DNA from: Elusimicrobiota bacterium
GTDB lineage: Bacteria; Elusimicrobiota; Elusimicrobia; UBA1565
DNA length: 32,795 nucleotides
Assembly: GCA_043819795.1 (NCBI GenBank)
Contig: JBDREN010000012.1
Coordinates: 1 to 32,795 of the forward strand
Direction: 5' to 3'
A model generated the notes under the pieces. The model was not told where the DNA came from, searched no databases, and was given only the letters and a program-made list of their open reading frames with translations. Position 1 is the first letter of the stretch; each line of letters begins with the position of its first letter. Shown piece after piece: positions 25,025-32,795 of the stretch. A program made the translations under genes and the position numbers.

Positions 25025-27846
25025 AGGAGCTTCTTGACGTAGCGGCCCGTATGGGAGCCGGGGTGGGCCGCGACCGCGGCCGGGGAGCCCGCCGCGACGA
25101 GGCGGCCGCCTTGATCCCCGCCCTCGGGCCCGAGGTCTATGATCCAGTCGGCGGTCTTGACGACCTCCAGATTGTGCTCGATCACCAGCACCGAGTTGCC
25201 GGCGTCGACGAGGCGATGGAGGACGCTCAAAAGCTTCGCGACATCGGCGAAGTGCAGCCCCGTGGTGGGCTCGTCCATGATGTAGAGCGTCCGGCCCGTC
25301 GCGCGTCTGGAGAGCTCGGTCGACAGCTTGACGCGCTGGGCCTCTCCGCCCGAGAGCGTCGTCGCCGGCTGGCCGATGCGGACGTAGCCGAGCCCGACGT
25401 CGGAGAGGGTCTGAAGGGACCTGCGGACCGCGGGAATGGCGGAGAAGAACCGGAGGCCTTCCTCGACCGTCATCTCGAGCACCTCGGCCACGTTCTTCCC
25501 TTTGTACCGGACCTCGAGGGTCTCTTCGTTGAATCGGGCGCCGCGGCAGTCCTCGCATTTGACGTAGACGTCGGGCAGGAACTGCATCTGTATGCGGAGG
25601 GTGCCGTCCCCCTTGCAGTCCTCGCACCGGCCTCCTTTCACGTTGAAGTAAAAGCGGCCGGGTTTGTAACCGCGCTTCCGTGACTCGGGCACGCGGGCGA
25701 AGAGCTCGCGGATGTGGGAGAAGAACCCCGTATAGGTGGCGGGGTTCGAGCGGGGCGTGCGTCCGATCGGGGACTGGTCCACGACGATGACCTTGTCGAT
25801 GTTCTCGATCCCGTCGATCCGGCGGTGGGCGCCAGGCTCCTCTTTCGCGTGGTAGAGCTTGCGCGCGAGGGCCTTGTAGAGGACCTCGTGCACGAGCGTC
25901 GACTTGCCCGAGCCCGACACGCCGGTCACGCAGGTGAAGAGCCCCAGGGGGATCTCGATGTCGATGCCCTTAAGGTTGAACTGCCGGGCGCCGCGCACGA
26001 CGAGCGCTCCGCTCGCCTTTCGGCCGCCCTCCGGCCGGGCCGGGATCGTCAGCTCCCCGTTGAGGTAGCGCGCCGTGAGGGACCGCTTGCTCGAGAGGAT
26101 CTTCCCGATCGGCCCCTGGGCGACGATGTGGCCGCCGTGGATGCCCGCTCCGGGTCCCAGATCGACGATCCAGTCGGCGGAGCGGATCGTCTCCTCGTCG
26201 TGCTCGACGATGACGAGAGTGTTCCCGAGGTCGCGCAGCCGCTTGAGCGTCCCGAGCAGGCGCGCGTTGTCGCGCGGGTGGAGGCCGATCGACGGCTCGT
26301 CGAGGACGTATAGCACCCCGGTCAGGCCCGACCCGATCTGGGTCGCGAGGTGGATCCGCTGCGCCTCGCCTCCGGCCAGCGTCCGCGAGCGGCGGTCGAG
26401 CGTCAGGTAGTCGAGCCCGACGTTCAGGAGGAAATCGAGGCGCGACTCGATCTCCTTGATGATCTGCCCGGCGATGACGCGATGCTTGGAGCTCAGCTCC
26501 AGCCGCGCGAAGAACTCGCGCGCCGGCCGGACCGCGAGGCGCGTAAGCTCCACGATCGTCAGCCCCCCGACCTTCACGTGCCGCGCCTCCTCCTTGAGCC
26601 GGGCTCCCCGGCAGCGCGGACATCCGATCTCGCGCATGAACCGCTCGTGGATCGCCTCCTTGACGAACTCGGACTCGGTCTCCCGCAGGCGTCGCCGGAG
26701 GTTCCCGATGACTCCCTCGAACTCGGACGGCCGGTTGGCCCAGGGCGCCTTATAGGTCCCGCCTCCGTAGAGCAGGATGTCCTTTTGCGCGCGCGTCAGC
26801 GACCGGAACGGCTTCTTTATCGGGATCGCGTGCTGGCGGCAGACCTGCCCCAGAATGTCCTCGAAGTACTCGCCCCATGAGCGCTTCCAGCGGTTGGTTC
26901 TCGTCGTGACCGGGTCCGACCAGGCCACGATCGCGCCCTCGGCCACCGAAAGACTCTGGTCCGGAGCGACGAGATCCTCGTCCACGACGGTCTTGACGCC
27001 GAGGCCGTCGCACTCCGGGCAGGCTCCGTACGGGGAGTTGAACGAGAACAGGCGCGGCTCGAGTTCGGGCAGGCTCAGCCCGCAGTCGGGACAGGAGTGA
27101 TGCTCGGAGTAGAGATGCTCCTCGCCCTTCTTCGCGCCGTTACGGATCAGGACGAGCCCGCGCGACTCCTTGAGGGCGATCTCGATCGAATCGGCGAGCC
27201 GCTCCCGCTCCTGGTCCGCTACCGTGAGCTTGTCCACGAGGAGCTCGATGGTCTGCTTCTGGTAGCGCTTGAGCTTCGGGACGTGGTCGAGGTCGCAGAC
27301 GGTCCCGTTGACGCGGACCGTCACGAAGCCCGAGCGCTTGAGCCTCCGGAAAAGGTCCTCGTAGGTCCCGGTGCGCCCCCGCACCAGCGGGGAATAGACG
27401 GCCACCGGCTTGCCGCCGAAGTTCCGCAGGACGTCTTTGATGATCGCCGAGGCCGTTTGCGGATGGATGCGCTTGCCGCACCGGGGGCAATGGGGCTGGC
27501 CGACGCGCGCGTAGAGCAGGCGGAAATAGTCGTATATCTCGGTGACGGTCGCGACGGTCGATCGGGGGTTGCGGGAGGGGTTGCGCTGCTCGATCGAGAT
27601 CGCCGGCGAAAGGCCCTCGATGAGGTCCACGTCGGGCTTCTCCATGAGCTCGAGGAACTGGCGGGCGTAGGCCGAGAGGCTCTCGACGTAGCGCCGCTGC
27701 CCTTCGGCGTAGAGCGTGTCGAAGGCCAGGCTCGACTTCCCCGAGCCCGAGAGGCCGGTGATGACCGTGATCCTGCCCCGGGGAATCTCGAGGCGGAGGT
27801 CCTTCAGGTTGTGCTGGCGGGCGCCCAGGATGCGGATCGAGTCCAT
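25021..27846 (-). CDS. uvrA: Excinuclease ABC subunit A
   Basis: GARQHNLK, GLSGSGKSSLAFDTLYAEGQRRYVESLS, Zn fingers, second ABC domain GVSGSGKSTL and LSGGEAQRVKL. Confidence 0.98.
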   Translation of the reverse strand: MDSIRILGARQHNLKDLRLEIPRGRITVITGLSGSGKSSLAFDTLYAEGQRRYVESLSAYARQFLELMEKPDVDLIEGLSPAISIEQRNPSRNPRSTVATVTEIYDYFRLLYARVGQPHCPRCGKRIHPQTASAIIKDVLRNFGGKPVAVYSPLVRGRTGTYEDLFRRLKRSGFVTVRVNGTVCDLDHVPKLKRYQKQTIELLVDKLTVADQERERLADSIEIALKESRGLVLIRNGAKKGEEHLYSEHHSCPDCGLSLPELEPRLFSFNSPYGACPECDGLGVKTVVDEDLVAPDQSLSVAEGAIVAWSDPVTTRTNRWKRSWGEYFEDILGQVCRQHAIPIKKPFRSLTRAQKDILLYGGGTYKAPWANRPSEFEGVIGNLRRRLRETESEFVKEAIHERFMREIGCPRCRGARLKEEARHVKVGGLTIVELTRLAVRPAREFFARLELSSKHRVIAGQIIKEIESRLDFLLNVGLDYLTLDRRSRTLAGGEAQRIHLATQIGSGLTGVLYVLDEPSIGLHPRDNARLLGTLKRLRDLGNTLVIVEHDEETIRSADWIVDLGPGAGIHGGHIVAQGPIGKILSSKRSLTARYLNGELTIPARPEGGRKASGALVVRGARQFNLKGIDIEIPLGLFTCVTGVSGSGKSTLVHEVLYKALARKLYHAKEEPGAHRRIDGIENIDKVIVVDQSPIGRTPRSNPATYTGFFSHIRELFARVPESRKRGYKPGRFYFNVKGGRCEDCKGDGTLRIQMQFLPDVYVKCEDCRGARFNEETLEVRYKGKNVAEVLEMTVEEGLRFFSAIPAVRRSLQTLSDVGLGYVRIGQPATTLSGGEAQRVKLSTELSRRATGRTLYIMDEPTTGLHFADVAKLLSVLHRLVDAGNSVLVIEHNLEVVKTADWIIDLGPEGGDQGGRLVAAGSPAAVAAHPGSHTGRYVKKLL

Positions 27847-29502
27847 CTAGGAGTGCCTCGCCGCTTCCTGACCGCCGAGCGTCGGCCGGCTTTCCTGGTA
27901 GCGGCACACCGAGCTGTCCCGGCCTTCGGCGGCCAGCGTCCCGGGGCGATCGAGGTTGTAGTGGAGTCCGCGGCTCTCCGCGCGGGAGAGGGCGCAGGTG
28001 ATGACCATCTCCGAGAGCAACGCGATGTTGCGCAGCTCGACGAGATCCCGGGTCAGGAGATATTTCCAGTAATATTCGGAGACCTCCTGGCTGATGATCC
28101 GGACCCGGGAGAGCGCGGTCTTCAGGCGGCGGTCGGTGCGCACGATGCCCACGTAGTTCCACATGAGCCGGCGGATCTCGTGCCAGTCCTGGTCGACCAC
28201 CACTGCCTCGTCGGACGAGACCGCCTTTCCCGGGTTCCAGGGCGGGACGTCGGGCAGGGGCTCGGCGCGCAGGCGGTCCCACTCGCCGCGGATCCGCTCG
28301 CAGCTCCGGCGGGCGAATACGGCCCCCTCGAGCAGGGAGTTCGAGGCGAGCCGGTTCGCGCCGTGCAGGCCCGTGTGGGCGACCTCGCCGATGGCGTAGA
28401 GGCCCGGCAGCGTCGTCGCGCCGTCGGTGTCCGTCTGCACTCCCCCGCAGAAAAAATGGGCCGCGGGCACGACCGGGACGGGAACGGCGGCCATATCGAT
28501 CCCGAAACCGAGACAATGCGCGTAGATGTTCGGAAAGCGCTTCGTGAGGAAGTCCTTCGAGCGCGCGGTCATGTCGAGATAAACGCATTCGGCCCCGGAT
28601 CGCTTCATCTCGGCGTCGATGGCCCGGGCGACGACGTCCCGGGGCGCCAGGTCCCGGCGGGGATGCGCACCCTCCATGAGGCGGTTCCCGTCCCCGGTCA
28701 CGAGGACGCCTCCCTCTCCGCGCAGAGCCTCCGAGAGCAGGAACCGCCGGCCGGCTTCCTGCGCCTCTCCCGGGTTGTAGAGGCAGGTCGGGTGGAACTG
28801 GACGAACTCCAGGTTGCGCAGCTCTGCGCCGGCCCGGTAGGCCATGGCCATGCCGTCGCCGGTGGCGATATCCGGGTTCGAGGTGTAGAGGTAGACCTTC
28901 CCGGCTCCGCCGGTGGCCAGGATCGTGACCCGCGCGCGGAAGGCGTGGATCCCCCCGGTGGATGCCTCCAGGCCGTAGGCGCCCAAGGCCCGGTTGCGCT
29001 CGGCGCGGGTCTCGGAGGGATGCCCCTCGAGGATCAGGTCGACGGCCGCGTGGTCCTCGAAGATCCGGATGTTCGCCGAGCCGCGGCAGGCCTCGGCCAG
29101 GGCGCTCTCGATCTCGCGGCCCGTGAGGTCGCCGGCGTGCAGTACCCGCCGATGCGAGTGTCCGCCCTCCAGTCCGAGGTCGAGCTTCCGGCCGCGGCCG
29201 CTGAACCGCACGCCGATCTCGGCCAGCGAGCGGATGCAGGCCGGGCCCTCCTCGACGGTGAGCCGTACCACCTCGGGATGGCAGAGCCCCGCTCCGGCGG
29301 CCAGCGTGTCGGAGACGTGGCTCTCGAAGCTGTCGGCGGCGTCCACGACGGCGGCGATCCCGCCCTGGGCGTAGTTGGTGTTCGACAGGACCGCCTCCTT
29401 CTTCGTGACGACGTGGACCGTGCCGAGGCGGGAGAGCCTCAGTGCCGCCGAGAGTCCGGCGATGCCGCTCCCGAGGATCAGGAAATCCGAGCGGTGATGC
29501 AT
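27847..29502 (-). CDS. nadB: L-aspartate oxidase
   Basis: GSGIAGL, NTNYAQGGIA, EGGHSHRRVLH, EFVQFHPT, SEALRGEG, GLHGANRLASNSLLE, ESRGLH. Confidence 0.96.
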   Translation of the reverse strand: MHHRSDFLILGSGIAGLSAALRLSRLGTVHVVTKKEAVLSNTNYAQGGIAAVVDAADSFESHVSDTLAAGAGLCHPEVVRLTVEEGPACIRSLAEIGVRFSGRGRKLDLGLEGGHSHRRVLHAGDLTGREIESALAEACRGSANIRIFEDHAAVDLILEGHPSETRAERNRALGAYGLEASTGGIHAFRARVTILATGGAGKVYLYTSNPDIATGDGMAMAYRAGAELRNLEFVQFHPTCLYNPGEAQEAGRRFLLSEALRGEGGVLVTGDGNRLMEGAHPRRDLAPRDVVARAIDAEMKRSGAECVYLDMTARSKDFLTKRFPNIYAHCLGFGIDMAAVPVPVVPAAHFFCGGVQTDTDGATTLPGLYAIGEVAHTGLHGANRLASNSLLEGAVFARRSCERIRGEWDRLRAEPLPDVPPWNPGKAVSSDEAVVVDQDWHEIRRLMWNYVGIVRTDRRLKTALSRVRIISQEVSEYYWKYLLTRDLVELRNIALLSEMVITCALSRAESRGLHYNLDRPGTLAAEGRDSSVCRYQESRPTLGGQEAARHS

Positions 29503-29684
29503 ATCAGGACATTTGACGAGGAGGGCGGGGAATGCTATAAACTTGGAAAATATTACAAGATTTGGCACTCGTCGGCAATGCGCGGCCAAGTTTTGACCCC
29601 GGGCGCTGGAAGGACGACGGCATTCTTGCGACGGGGTCCTTGATGGCCGGAAGTTGCTAAATCTTGCGGCGCCGGTTTGACGCC

Positions 29685-30206
29685 ATGATCCGCTCCTATT
29701 GCAAGCATGTCCCCCGCGTCCATCCGGGCGCGTTCGTCCACGACTCGGCCGAGGTCATCGGCAAGGTCGAGCTGAAGGACCGCGCCTCGGTCTATCCCCT
29801 GTGCGTGCTCCGCGGGGACGTGGAGAGGATCGTCGTGGGCGAGCGGACGAACATCCAGGACCTCGCCGTCGTCCATACCCGCCGGGGATGCCCGACCATC
29901 ATCGGGAAGGACGTCACGTTGGGCCACGGCGTCATCGTGCACGGCGCGCGGATCGGCGACGGAGCCCTCGTCGGGATGGGGGCCATCCTGATGGAGGCGG
30001 TCGTGGGCGCCCGTTCGCTGGTCGCGGCGGGGGCCTTGGTGCCCTCCGGCGCGCGGATCCCGCCGCGCAGCGTCGTGGTCGGCGCCCCGGCGAAGGTGGT
30101 CCGGAGGCTGACGGAGCGGGAGCTCCGCCGCATGGGATCGGGGGTGCGTTCCTACCTCCGCAAGACCGAGCTTCACCGCCGGTCCTCTAGGAGTGTGAGT
30201 AATTAG
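29685..30206 (+). CDS. Gamma carbonic anhydrase family (YrdA/PaaY-like) hexapeptide-repeat protein; last codons supplied by an inserted element
   Basis: AEVIGKV, VLRGD, TNIQDLAVVH, TLGHGVIVHG, GAPAKVVR. Confidence 0.9.
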   Translation: MIRSYCKHVPRVHPGAFVHDSAEVIGKVELKDRASVYPLCVLRGDVERIVVGERTNIQDLAVVHTRRGCPTIIGKDVTLGHGVIVHGARIGDGALVGMGAILMEAVVGARSLVAAGALVPSGARIPPRSVVVGAPAKVVRRLTERELRRMGSGVRSYLRKTELHRRSSRSVSN

Positions 30207-30502
30207 TGGCATACATCTGCGCCGCGCGATATTGGAGCGAGCCAAAGCGATGCGAGGCGCGCATACCCGTAGGTATGCAAGCCGAGCAGCGCGCAGGCGT
30301 AGCCCGATAGCGCGCGGCCCTGATCGGGAAGGGAAACGTTTTGGGAATATGAATCATTTCTCCTTTGAGGGAGGCCCGATCCCGGCCAATTTCGTCGTTG
30401 CTCCTCGGTCGCATAGCTTAAGCTATGCGCCCTCGTCGCGCCTAGAAATTGTCTCAGCATCGGGCCTCGCAGGTGTATGCCACTAATTGCTCACACTCCT
30501 AG
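30187..30502. mobile_element. MITE-like element with 35-bp terminal inverted repeats and CTAG at both ends
   Basis: Inverted repeats at 30187-30221 and 30468-30502 match at 33/35; internal hairpins; removing the element restores an ATGA gene overlap. Confidence 0.82.
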
Positions 30503-30517
30503 GGCGGTGTCGCGGCC

Positions 30518-31306
30518 ATGAACGCGCTCCATTGGAGCCTGATCGCTCTCGCGGCGGGCCTGGCCGCCGGCTGGGGCGTCGCCTCGTGGCGGGCGCGGCG
30601 GCGCGAGCGGCTCCGCGCGCGCCTGCTTTCCTTCGTCGTTCACGAGCTCAATACCCCGGTCTCCGCGCTCAACATGACGGCGCTGAACTTCCTTTCGGGC
30701 CTTTTCGGCGAGATCTCCCAGGAGCAACGGCCGTGGATCGTTCTGATGCGCGAGCAGGTCGCGCGGCTGGCCTCGATGGTGGGAGACCTCCGCGACATGA
30801 TCCACCTCGAGTTTCACCGCGACCTTCGGCTGAACCCGGTTGAGACGTCGGTCGGCGATCTGATACGGGAGAGCCTCGCCGTGATGAAGGAGGCCTTGGC
30901 CCGGAGCGAAGCCGAGGTCGACCTGCGCCTGCCGGAGGACCTGCCTGCGGTCAAGGCCGACCCCGACCGCCTCGCCCGCGTCGTGACGGCGATACTGACC
31001 CATGCCCGTAAGTTCCGAGCCAAGGGCCCGATCGTCGTGATCGCGGAGGCCGTCCCGCGCGGGGTGCTCGTGGCCGTGGAGTACGAGGGGACGAAGACCG
31101 CGTCGGGCCGGTCCGAGGACGCGCTCGACCTTTTCTATCCGGCCCGGTTCCCGGGCTCGCAGGTGCTCGCGAGCACGGGCCTGGGCCTGGGGCTGCCGTG
31201 CCGCCTGGTGGCGGCGCACGGGGGGAAGATGACGCTCGACGTCGACGGCGAGGGGCGTTGCCGCATCGCTGTCCGGCTGCCGAAGCATCCGGTGGTGCCG
31301 ACATGA
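30518..31306 (+). CDS. Histidine kinase-like protein with degenerate ATP-binding boxes
   Basis: One TM helix, H-box VHELNTPV, ADPDRLARV, G2 box TGLGLGL; N and G1 boxes altered. Confidence 0.8.
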   Translation: MNALHWSLIALAAGLAAGWGVASWRARRRERLRARLLSFVVHELNTPVSALNMTALNFLSGLFGEISQEQRPWIVLMREQVARLASMVGDLRDMIHLEFHRDLRLNPVETSVGDLIRESLAVMKEALARSEAEVDLRLPEDLPAVKADPDRLARVVTAILTHARKFRAKGPIVVIAEAVPRGVLVAVEYEGTKTASGRSEDALDLFYPARFPGSQVLASTGLGLGLPCRLVAAHGGKMTLDVDGEGRCRIAVRLPKHPVVPT

Positions 31307-31668
31307 CCAAGATCCTGATCATCGAAGACGATTACGCCCTGGCGGACAACCTCTCGGCGCTCCTGAAGCTGAAGGGCTACGACGTGCAGTTCGCCGCGGA
31401 CGGGGAGGCGGGCATCGAGGCGGCGCGGAAGTTCCAGCCCGACGTGGTCCTGCTCGACATCATGATACCGAAGGTCGGCGGGTTCGACGCCTGCCGGATC
31501 ATGCGGTCGGACGCCAAAACGAAGAACGCCAAGGTCGTGATGATGACGGGCCTGGACCGGATGGGCGACGTGGAGAAGGCCTTCTCCTGCGGCGCCACGG
31601 ACTACCTCATCAAGCCGTTCGACAGCGAGCGGCTCTTCAAGAAGCTCGAGAAGGTCCTGCGCACTTGA
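31303..31668 (+). CDS. Single-domain (CheY-like) response regulator
   Basis: ILIIEDD, LLDIMIP, MMTG, ATDYLIKPF. Confidence 0.92.
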   Translation: MTKILIIEDDYALADNLSALLKLKGYDVQFAADGEAGIEAARKFQPDVVLLDIMIPKVGGFDACRIMRSDAKTKNAKVVMMTGLDRMGDVEKAFSCGATDYLIKPFDSERLFKKLEKVLRT

Positions 31669-32390
31669 CCTGGACCCCCACGGAGGCCTACCGGCGGCTG
31701 CTGGCCCGCTTCGGCCCGCAGGGCTGGTGGCCGGTGACGGCGCGGGGCGGGACGCGGCCGCGCTACCGTCCCGGACGGTTCGAGCCCCCGGGCGGACGCC
31801 AGGCTCTGGAGGTCTGCCTCGGCGCCATCCTCACGCAGAACACGGCTTGGGCCAACGTTTGGAAGGCCCTCGTCGCGCTGAACGGGGCGGAGGGGGTCGA
31901 CCTGGGGCGTCTCGCGCGCATGCCGCGACGCAGGCTCGAGCGTCTCATCCGGCCGTCCGGGTACTACGTCCAGAAGGCGGTCAAGCTCAAGGCCTTTGTC
32001 CGCCACGCGCTCGGCACGGGGACGTCCCTGGCGCGCTGGCTGCGCCGGTCGCCTCTCGCCGGGCTGCGGACCGAGCTGCTTTCCATCCACGGCGTCGGCC
32101 CCGAGACGGCCGATTCCATGCTGCTCTACGCCGGCGCGCGTCCCGTCTTCGTGGTGGACGCCTACACCGATCGGATCGGGCGCCGGCTCGGCTGGTTCGG
32201 GCCCGATGCCGGCTACGCGCGTGTGCAGGGCTTTTTCGAAGGGCGGTTGACGCGGTCCGCGCGGGTCTACAACGAGTGCCACGCGCTGCTCGTGAGGCTG
32301 GCCAAGGACCATTGCCGGATCGTACCACGTTGCGGAGAGTGCCCGTTGCGTGCGCGGTGTCCCGAGGGCCGGGAAAGGAGGGGCGTATGA
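31665..32390 (+). CDS. Endonuclease III-related HhH-GPD protein with 4Fe-4S motif
   Basis: GAILTQNTAWANV, LIRPSGYYVQKA, LLSIHGVGPETADS, VVDAYT, C-x6-C-x2-C-x5-C. Confidence 0.88.
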   Translation: MTWTPTEAYRRLLARFGPQGWWPVTARGGTRPRYRPGRFEPPGGRQALEVCLGAILTQNTAWANVWKALVALNGAEGVDLGRLARMPRRRLERLIRPSGYYVQKAVKLKAFVRHALGTGTSLARWLRRSPLAGLRTELLSIHGVGPETADSMLLYAGARPVFVVDAYTDRIGRRLGWFGPDAGYARVQGFFEGRLTRSARVYNECHALLVRLAKDHCRIVPRCGECPLRARCPEGRERRGV

Positions 32391-32795
32391 CGAGCGAGGA
32401 TCGTGCGATAGAGCGGCTGGAGAGGGCGCGGGAGCGTGTCGAGACGAGCCCATCCGGCGCTCTCAAGCTCCTGCCCGCCGGACGGGACCTGCCGGCCCCT
32501 CTTCGGGCGGAGCGCGGCTTTATCGCGGCCGAGGCTTTCAGGGCGATGGGTTTCTTCCGCGAAGCGGAGCGCCTTTACAGGCGCGTGCTGGCCCGCACGC
32601 GTTCCGACGAGGATCCGCCGCTCTGGGTGGAGTCGGCGCTCGGCTCGGCCGCGGGCCTCAGGTGCCTGGGGGCGGTCGCCGAGGCGCGCCGGCGGCTGGC
32701 TTGCGCGCGCGCCGCCGCGCGGGCGTCGCGGCTTTCGGTCTACGGGGACCGGCTCGCGCTCGAAGAGGCGCTCGTCGAGCGCGCCGCCGAGCGCT
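32387..32795 (+). CDS. Partial hypothetical TPR-like protein (runs off the window)
   Basis: ATGA overlap with the upstream stop, SD GGAGG; open frame MTSEDRAIERLE..AEAFRAMGFFREAERLYRRVL. Confidence 0.6.
   Translation, partial: MTSEDRAIERLERARERVETSPSGALKLLPAGRDLPAPLRAERGFIAAEAFRAMGFFREAERLYRRVLARTRSDEDPPLWVESALGSAAGLRCLGAVAEARRRLACARAAARASRLSVYGDRLALEEALVERAAER

Noticed and set aside
25025..25627. N-terminal extension of the 694-aa minus-strand ORF
   Set aside because: It lies inside uvrA in another frame; the GT-C-like sequence starts at the GTGA overlap at 25024.
27847..27856. CTAGGAGTG at the nadB stop, resembling the MITE terminal repeat
   Set aside because: Only 9-10 nt, with no partner repeat, and fully explained by the nadB His-Ser-stop codons.
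2351..29643. Long antisense and alternate-frame ORFs (e.g. 4825-7602 -, 3046-4683 +, 13924-15912 -, 27097-29643 +)
   Set aside because: Shadow ORFs expected at high GC; they overlap well-supported genes and show no family motifs.

Overview
GC-rich bacterial window; the gene content recalls Elusimicrobiota, but that is an unverified impression. Positions 1-2040 are a decayed accessory island: a truncated internalin-like LRR gene, and a 5'-truncated thermonuclease joined head-to-head to a 5'-truncated tyrosine integrase that ends just upstream of tRNA-Thr(CGT). Positions 2366-21300 hold a large type IV filament locus: two tandem O-antigen-ligase/oligosaccharyltransferase-TPR genes, pilB, pilC, an OmpR-type two-component pair on the opposite strand, pilin 1, an OmpA-domain protein, a fused PilM-PilN, PilO, a PilP-like protein, a secretin, and a Cys-rich pilin 2 with its own promoter. 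After these come a flippase-like membrane protein, an HEXXH peptidase, a TMTC-like GT-C/TPR glycosyltransferase, uvrA, nadB, a gamma-carbonic-anhydrase-like gene, a degenerate histidine kinase, a CheY-like regulator, an EndoIII-like gene and a partial TPR-like gene. The most unusual non-coding signals are two related MITE-like inverted-repeat elements (7661-7819 in the pilB leader, and 30187-30502, whose removal restores an ATGA gene overlap) and a nested five-hairpin array between the secretin and pilin 2. The best candidate for an undescribed system is a T4P/T2SS-like filament locus with several dedicated protein-glycosylation enzymes and non-canonical regulation. All calls come from reading the sequence by eye; no searches were run.
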